From Clostridiales bacterium (lineage in GTDB: Bacteria; Bacillota; Dehalobacteriia; UBA7702): DNA of 64,000 bases. The DNA lies in contig JAXGQI010000009.1 in assembly GCA_040766525.1 (NCBI GenBank), positions 808 to 64,807 of the forward strand. Reading direction: 5' to 3'. Shown here one piece after another: positions 62,954-64,000 of the stretch (position 1 is its first letter; the number at the start of each line of letters is the position of its first letter). A model generated the notes under the pieces. It did not search any database. It was not told the origin of the DNA and was given only the letters and a program-made list of their open reading frames with translations. The position numbers and the translations under genes were made by a program.

Positions 62954-64000
62954 TTATTTCCTTATCAGTTTATCTAACTTCAATAGATACATCATCTTTG
63001 CGCCAAGTTTGAACATATTCTCCTGATGCTTATAATCTTTATAAGTTTTCAGCGGCATCTTAAAATAACCCATCAATTCATCAGTCGAAATTTCCAACAT
63101 TCTGGCTACCTGATTAAATAATTCTTCTCCCTCTTCTTTAGAAAGAGGCGGGCGGTTTAATCTTTCCAAAGCCTCTTCTCTGGTCATTTGCTTGGTCAGA
63201 ATCAAACTTGAAAACTGAGCCTTGCGAATATCATACCCAAAACGCAGTGGCAACCAATAACCTTCTAGAAATTTTGTCATAATGGATTCGAAATGCTTTT
63301 GCGGATAGGGTGTCCAGTTGTATTCACTTTTCAGAAGTTCCTCTGCATTCTTCTTGATGTATGGTATATAATTTAACAAGATAACACGCTCTATCTTCTT
63401 GATATATCTGAGATAAACCTTATGTCTTAAAACATGACTAAAAGGGTACTTTTTTAATGGTTTTTTACAGAAGCGGCCAATAATATCGTTTATATGAACC
63501 AAATCCGTCCCCCAATAAGACCATGCATCCGGATTCACAACCACTTCCGTGGATATATTGCCGCCATTTAATATGTACTTAATTGTATGTTTCTCTGCAT
63601 AATTATACAAAACTGAAACAAATGCGTGATCTTGGGGTATATCCAAATGTGGCACGCCTGATTTAAAGAAAGCCAACTGAAAATCCTTCATTTCCTCCCA
63701 ATCAAGCACTTCTACTTTCAAATTAATTTTCAGCTTATCGACCATCTTTTTAATATTCTCAACTGCAAAATCAGTATTCCACCCAGAATCAACATGAAAT
63801 ACCAGAGGCCGCAAGCCTAACTCTTTAACGGCAAAATGCAACATATAGGAACTGTCAAACCCACCGCTAAGCCCTAAAATACAATCATATTCTCTGTTTT
63901 TGCCGTCATTTTTAATTGCCTCAACAACCTTATTCAATTTCCTCTGCGCATCTTCCCCCTGCGGCCAGTTCGGCAGAATTTCATTGTAAAACTGATTGCA
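62954..64000 (-). CDS. second N-acetyl sugar amidotransferase (WbuX paralog), 5' end beyond the window
   Basis: GLSGGFDSSY PP-loop. It is colinear with the downstream paralog throughout. The frame stays open upstream of the listed TTG (..CNQFYNEILPNWPQGEDAQRKL..), so the gene runs off the window. Confidence 0.8.
   Translation of the reverse strand, partial: CNQFYNEILPNWPQGEDAQRKLNKVVEAIKNDGKNREYDCILGLSGGFDSSYMLHFAVKELGLRPLVFHVDSGWNTDFAVENIKKMVDKLKINLKVEVLDWEEMKDFQLAFFKSGVPHLDIPQDHAFVSVLYNYAEKHTIKYILNGGNISTEVVVNPDAWSYWGTDLVHINDIIGRFCKKPLKKYPFSHVLRHKVYLRYIKKIERVILLNYIPYIKKNAEELLKSEYNWTPYPQKHFESIMTKFLEGYWLPLRFGYDIRKAQFSSLILTKQMTREEALERLNRPPLSKEEGEELFNQVARMLEISTDELMGYFKMPLKTYKDYKHQENMFKLGAKMMYLLKLDKLIRK

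Overview
The first ~46 kb reads as the chromosome of an endospore-forming Firmicute. In order it carries: yabQ-divIC-yabR; a Ppx/GppA phosphatase; a spore-coat module (CotS-like kinase, GT1 glycosyltransferase, SPOCS+LysM protein); an AT-rich islet with an SLH protein and two paralogous secreted proteins; rpmE; DUF1385-prfA-prmC; a cold-shock gene; the tsaC-mntP-ywlE-rpiB block; glyA; a dCMP deaminase; wecB; a complete F1Fo ATP synthase operon (atpZ/atpI-atpBEFHAGDC); a ywmB-like gene; pgi/glk/pgm; spoIID; an ars operon; and two SLH proteins followed by Wzz / BY-kinase / PHP-phosphatase / CapD polysaccharide genes. The stretch 46.1-53.4 kb is heavily decayed: a Mn-catalase/CotJC remnant, a large serine recombinase remnant, and a ~4.5 kb wreck of a lectin/GLUG/SLH surface protein. 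From ~53.44 kb to the window end there is an intact minus-strand L-FucNAc / L-FucNAm-type sugar cluster (truncated initiating sugar transferase, 4-helix-bundle IVS/Avd-like gene, epimerase, WbuB, FnlC, FnlB, FnlA, WbuZ, WbuY, two WbuX paralogs). This cluster has a different repeat vocabulary, and both genes at the junction are truncated. The most interesting item is an AT-rich single-gene insertion between atpC and ywmB. It encodes a ~615 aa DUF4209-like protein with an R-x4-H (HEPN-like) motif, a candidate stand-alone defence/abortive-infection effector. Other notable points: more than 20 frameshifts, and where I traced the exact site (atpC, pgm, the 7229 gene) the indel is in a homopolymer run, with several others adjacent to runs; they are unevenly distributed. 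There is a 4-helix-bundle gene bracketed by inverted GTTTTGAG-type simple repeats, a family of long composite hairpins, a consensus promoter with a ~520 nt leader, and a possible small-RNA locus. I found no rRNA, tRNA or CRISPR array. All family calls come from reading motifs by eye; no database search was run.
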